Source: Amoeboradix gromovi X-113
Lineage: Eukaryota > Fungi > Sanchytriomycota
DNA: 7,357 bases
Reading direction: 5' to 3'
Assembly (NCBI GenBank): GCA_018985225.1
Contig: JADGIF010000513.1
Coordinates: 1 to 7,357, forward strand
Shown here: in pieces, positions 6,765-7,357 of the stretch
Position numbering within the stretch: the stretch's first letter is position 1
How the letters are laid out: each line of letters opens with the position of its first letter
Translations under genes and position numbers: made by a program
The notes under the pieces: generated by a model
What the model was told of the DNA's origin: nothing
Databases searched by the model: none
The model's input: the letters and a program-made list of their open reading frames with translations, nothing else

Positions 6765-6846
6765 GAAAAAGAAATTAGATTTTGCATGAGCATAGTAAGA
6801 TCAGGTTACTTATAAAAGTCATTTACGAGTCCTAACACAATTTCCC

Positions 6847-7020
6847 TCACCTCAAAGTTTTCAATAACGCCGGAGCACTCAAAATTAATGGTCTTTCACA
6901 TAGAGCTTGTACGTTAGAAACCTTTTGACTAGAATCATAAAATACAAATACTGTGGTAATGGCAGTAATAAGCACAACACAGGAGCCGCAGAGTATCCAG
7001 AAAGAGGCTGCGCGATGCAT
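6847..7020 (-). CDS. Candidate 57-aa single-pass membrane microprotein (not in the ORF track)
   Basis: ATG 7020 to TGA 6849-6847 encodes MHRAASFWILCGSCVVLITAITTVFVFYDSSQKVSNVQALCERPLILSAPALLKTLR, with a 22-residue uncharged hydrophobic run. It could be a chance ORF. Confidence 0.3.
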   Translation of the reverse strand: MHRAASFWILCGSCVVLITAITTVFVFYDSSQKVSNVQALCERPLILSAPALLKTLR

Positions 7021-7357
7021 TTCGTAGAAAAACTATGCTTTAACTTATCCTGCGCCTAGAACGTCCAAAGATTGCTCGACCCCACATTGGAGTGAATGAC
7101 CTAACTAGCAAGCAAAGATGAATGGTAATGACGGGCCGTAGCCTAGAGTATAGATGATAAACATTGGACATTTGCTCTTTGACTATGTTTGTTGTTTTGA
7201 AGGTGTATACTTTCTGTGGACTTTGTACCATAAAGACAGGAATGTTTGCACCAAATTAGGAAAAGTTTTGGAAAGTGGTCTCTACCCATAATTCTTTTCC
7301 GATATTCTATTTAAGTTCATCCATGCATGGCTACTGGCTCCAATCACAAGGCTAATA

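Noticed and set aside
7040-7231. 63-aa minus-strand ORF
   Set aside because: No recognisable domain and a length compatible with chance. Not excluded, but unsupported.
1-7357. Non-standard code (TAA/TAG = Gln), suggested by the open frame after the CHS7 TAA and the in-frame mS33/GlnRS pair
   Set aside because: None of the six conserved CDSs has an internal TAA/TAG, Gln is encoded by CAA/CAG, and the TAA/TAG codons fall where homologues end.

Overview
AT-rich, very gene-dense eukaryotic DNA, almost certainly fungal. CHS7 is a fungal gene, and the mitoribosomal mS33 gene implies a mitochondrial genome, so this is not a canonical microsporidian; a compact early-diverging fungus is my inference. 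Six apparently intron-less genes are supported: CHS7 (-), a FAHD1/FMP41-type FAH hydrolase (+), a small TM plus coiled-coil protein (-), a Sel1-repeat protein (+), glutaminyl-tRNA synthetase (-) and mitoribosomal mS33/RSM27 (-). There is also a candidate 57-aa membrane microprotein. The most interesting signals are non-coding. (i) mS33 and GlnRS are tandem, 45 nt apart and in the same frame, and a 30-nt GTAAT...TAG segment would remove both intervening stops, giving a possible spliced mS33-GlnRS fusion. (ii) A ~42-nt element (32/42 identical) lies directly upstream of the ATG of two likely mitochondrial genes 4.5 kb apart. (iii) Three CCAATCA boxes sit at an exact 14-bp period. (iv) Several AATAAA signals overlap TAA stop codons. 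All family calls come from motif recognition by eye; no searches were run.
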